Shown one piece after another: positions 62,386 through 64,000 of a stretch of 64,000 nucleotides of DNA. Origin of the DNA: Monocercomonoides exilis PA203 (lineage: Eukaryota; Protista; Preaxostyla); NCBI GenBank assembly GCA_001643675.2, contig LSRY02000006.1, positions 1,054,001 through 1,118,000 of the forward strand. The letters are read 5' to 3'. Numbering within the stretch: position 1 is the first letter of the stretch; each line of letters begins with the position of its first letter. The notes below the pieces were generated by a model. It had not been told where the DNA came from and did not search any database. It saw only the letters and a program-made list of their open reading frames with translations. Position numbers and translations under genes: made by a program.

Positions 62386-64000
62386 TTAGCGTGAATTAAC
62401 TGCATTTAACATCGCATTAATTCTCGCCATTTCATCCGCAGATGAGATGAACAATGGCTTTGCCACAGGTGCATCGCAAGACCTCATCCCCTCGCAATTC
62501 TCACTGAACCTCTCTAAAGGATCGATCACGAGTGCCGTTGGCCTCCTCTTGAACATGTCAACAATCTGCTTTGTCTCGTCAATCGTCTCCATCAGCGCCA
62601 TCCTCCCAAACACCCACAGCCCCAGGCGCACCCGTGAGACAGCCACGACCCACCGGCGGACGTCGCGCAGATGCCCCGCGCTCGCCCCGCTCCGCACAAG
62701 CGACACGAGCACATAGTCCTCCTCCAGCCCTTGGAAGCGGTCAATTGTTGTCACTTTGTGCGGACTGCCGTACTTCGGATTGACTGCACACTCTTTCTCT
62801 ATCATCTCCCTCAGCAGCGCCTTCTGCCCGTTATACGCTGCAAGAATCGCTATGCGCTTCGCAGGGTAGCCCAGCAGCCGCATGTACTTGTACACCTCCA
62901 CCACAAACTTCGCTTCCCCGAGGTTCTGATAGAAGAACTGCACACTCTGCGTCTCCCCTTTCCCTTGATAGTCTCCAACATTCACAAACTGGTAGTCAAA
63001 CCCAAATCCTGCATTACCCACTCCAAATTTACCTTTCCTCTCAACGACAGCCGGCAGATCGCCCAGGCGATCGTACCGCCACCGGAACAGATCTGCAATC
63101 GACGCTCTTGTTCTCCCTTGTTTGTCCAGCTGAATGAAGGGAACACCAAAGCGAATGAGACGAGAAAATAAAGATTGATCAAAATGGCAGAATTTGGAGA
63201 GGCCCATGTTCTGCACCACAGGCGGGAGCTGGTGATGATCGCCGATCAGAATGATCCGCTTCAGCCGGCAGCCTCCTCTGTATTCTGAACTGTCTCCGTC
63301 TCCTTCTCCTGCTGTGCCTTCTCCTTTCACTTTTGCTGTTCTCTTCTTCTTCTTCTGCAGGCACATCGCAATCATCGCCTCAATCTCCAGCACCTGCCCT
63401 GCCTCCTCCATGATGAGGGTGTCATACTCAAACTGGTCGTTTATCAGCTCGTCTCTCACCATCGCCGCGTGTGTGCACGTCATCGCCACCACTTTTGCGT
63501 GTCTGCATAGAAGATGCCTCGATCTGTCCCTTTGCGAGGTGAAGAGCTCAAATGGACGGCATTCACGCACAGAGGAGAAGATGGAGGCAATGCACGAGAA
63601 GAGATGCTGAGAGATGCGGTATTTGGAGAGAGGGGGGAGATTGCTGGGGAAGAAGAGGGGCTTGAAACGAGGGTAAGGCAATTGTGGTGGTTGTGAGGCT
63701 GTTGTTGAATTAGCAGATGAAGAAGCAGAAGCAGAAGCAGAAGAAGAAGAAGCAGAAGCAGATATAGAAGACGATGGCTGATGATGAATGATATTCCCTT
63801 CTTCATCTTCGTCTTCCTCAGACTCGCCTTCAATGTCCATCGCAGCTGGATCTTTCTTTGCCTTCTTTTTGACTGAAGACGCATCAGAAGAAGAGGAGGA
63901 AGAGGAAGAAGAAGAAGAAGTTAACGGCCGAGGTTGCATGTTTTGCGCATCCTCTTCTGGAACCATCCCAAACCCAACATTCTTCAAGTAGAAATAGTTC
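62386..64000 (-). CDS. AQR: Aquarius (intron-binding spliceosomal SF1 helicase), C-terminal part
   Basis: AKVVAMTCTHAA, MEEAGQVLEIE, RLKRIILIGDHHQLPPVV, DQSLFSRL, QGR.R.SIA.L..WRY, NAGF.FDYQFVNV, YQNLGEA, YMRLLGYPA. Confidence 0.92.
   Translation of the reverse strand, partial: NYFYLKNVGFGMVPEEDAQNMQPRPLTSSSSSSSSSSSDASSVKKKAKKDPAAMDIEGESEEDEDEEGNIIHHQPSSSISASASSSSASASASSSANSTTASQPPQLPYPRFKPLFFPSNLPPLSKYRISQHLFSCIASIFSSVRECRPFELFTSQRDRSRHLLCRHAKVVAMTCTHAAMVRDELINDQFEYDTLIMEEAGQVLEIEAMIAMCLQKKKKRTAKVKGEGTAGEGDGDSSEYRGGCRLKRIILIGDHHQLPPVVQNMGLSKFCHFDQSLFSRLIRFGVPFIQLDKQGRTRASIADLFRWRYDRLGDLPAVVERKGKFGVGNAGFGFDYQFVNVGDYQGKGETQSVQFFYQNLGEAKFVVEVYKYMRLLGYPAKRIAILAAYNGQKALLREMIEKECAVNPKYGSPHKVTTIDRFQGLEEDYVLVSLVRSGASAGHLRDVRRWVVAVSRVRLGLWVFGRMALMETIDETKQIVDMFKRRPTALVIDPLERFSENCEGMRSCDAPVAKPLFISSADEMARINAMLNAVNSR

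Overview
AT-rich eukaryotic genomic DNA with short GT-AG spliceosomal introns, the standard genetic code (host genes end in TAA/TGA) and proteins full of poly-Ser/Glu/Asp/Lys inserts. The style and gene content suggest an anaerobic flagellate such as the oxymonad Monocercomonoides; this is an inference, not checked. Housekeeping genes fall in three blocks. 1-26 kb: a USP deubiquitinase, IFT22, POLD3, an RBR E3 ligase, TGS1, a SPRY protein, an orphan ORF, a DYRK-like kinase and a beta-helix surface protein. 40.4-44.9 kb: TPI and a SET2/ASH1-type methyltransferase. 58-64 kb: CAF1, a D-2-hydroxyacid dehydrogenase and Aquarius. Two transposon islands separate these blocks (about 26.7-40.2 kb and 45-57.2 kb). 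They hold three intron-containing DD35D pogo-type elements, a decayed Sola-like transposase, and at least eight non-autonomous TIR elements with TA, 4-bp or 8-bp target duplications. Two of those insertions are confirmed by empty sites in a paralogous copy. The most notable candidate system is a family with GGG...CC(C) ends and 4-bp TSDs (Sola-like). It ranges from 180-270 bp MITEs to two possible 7-8 kb composite elements enclosing decayed host-gene fragments (Pack-type cargo capture).
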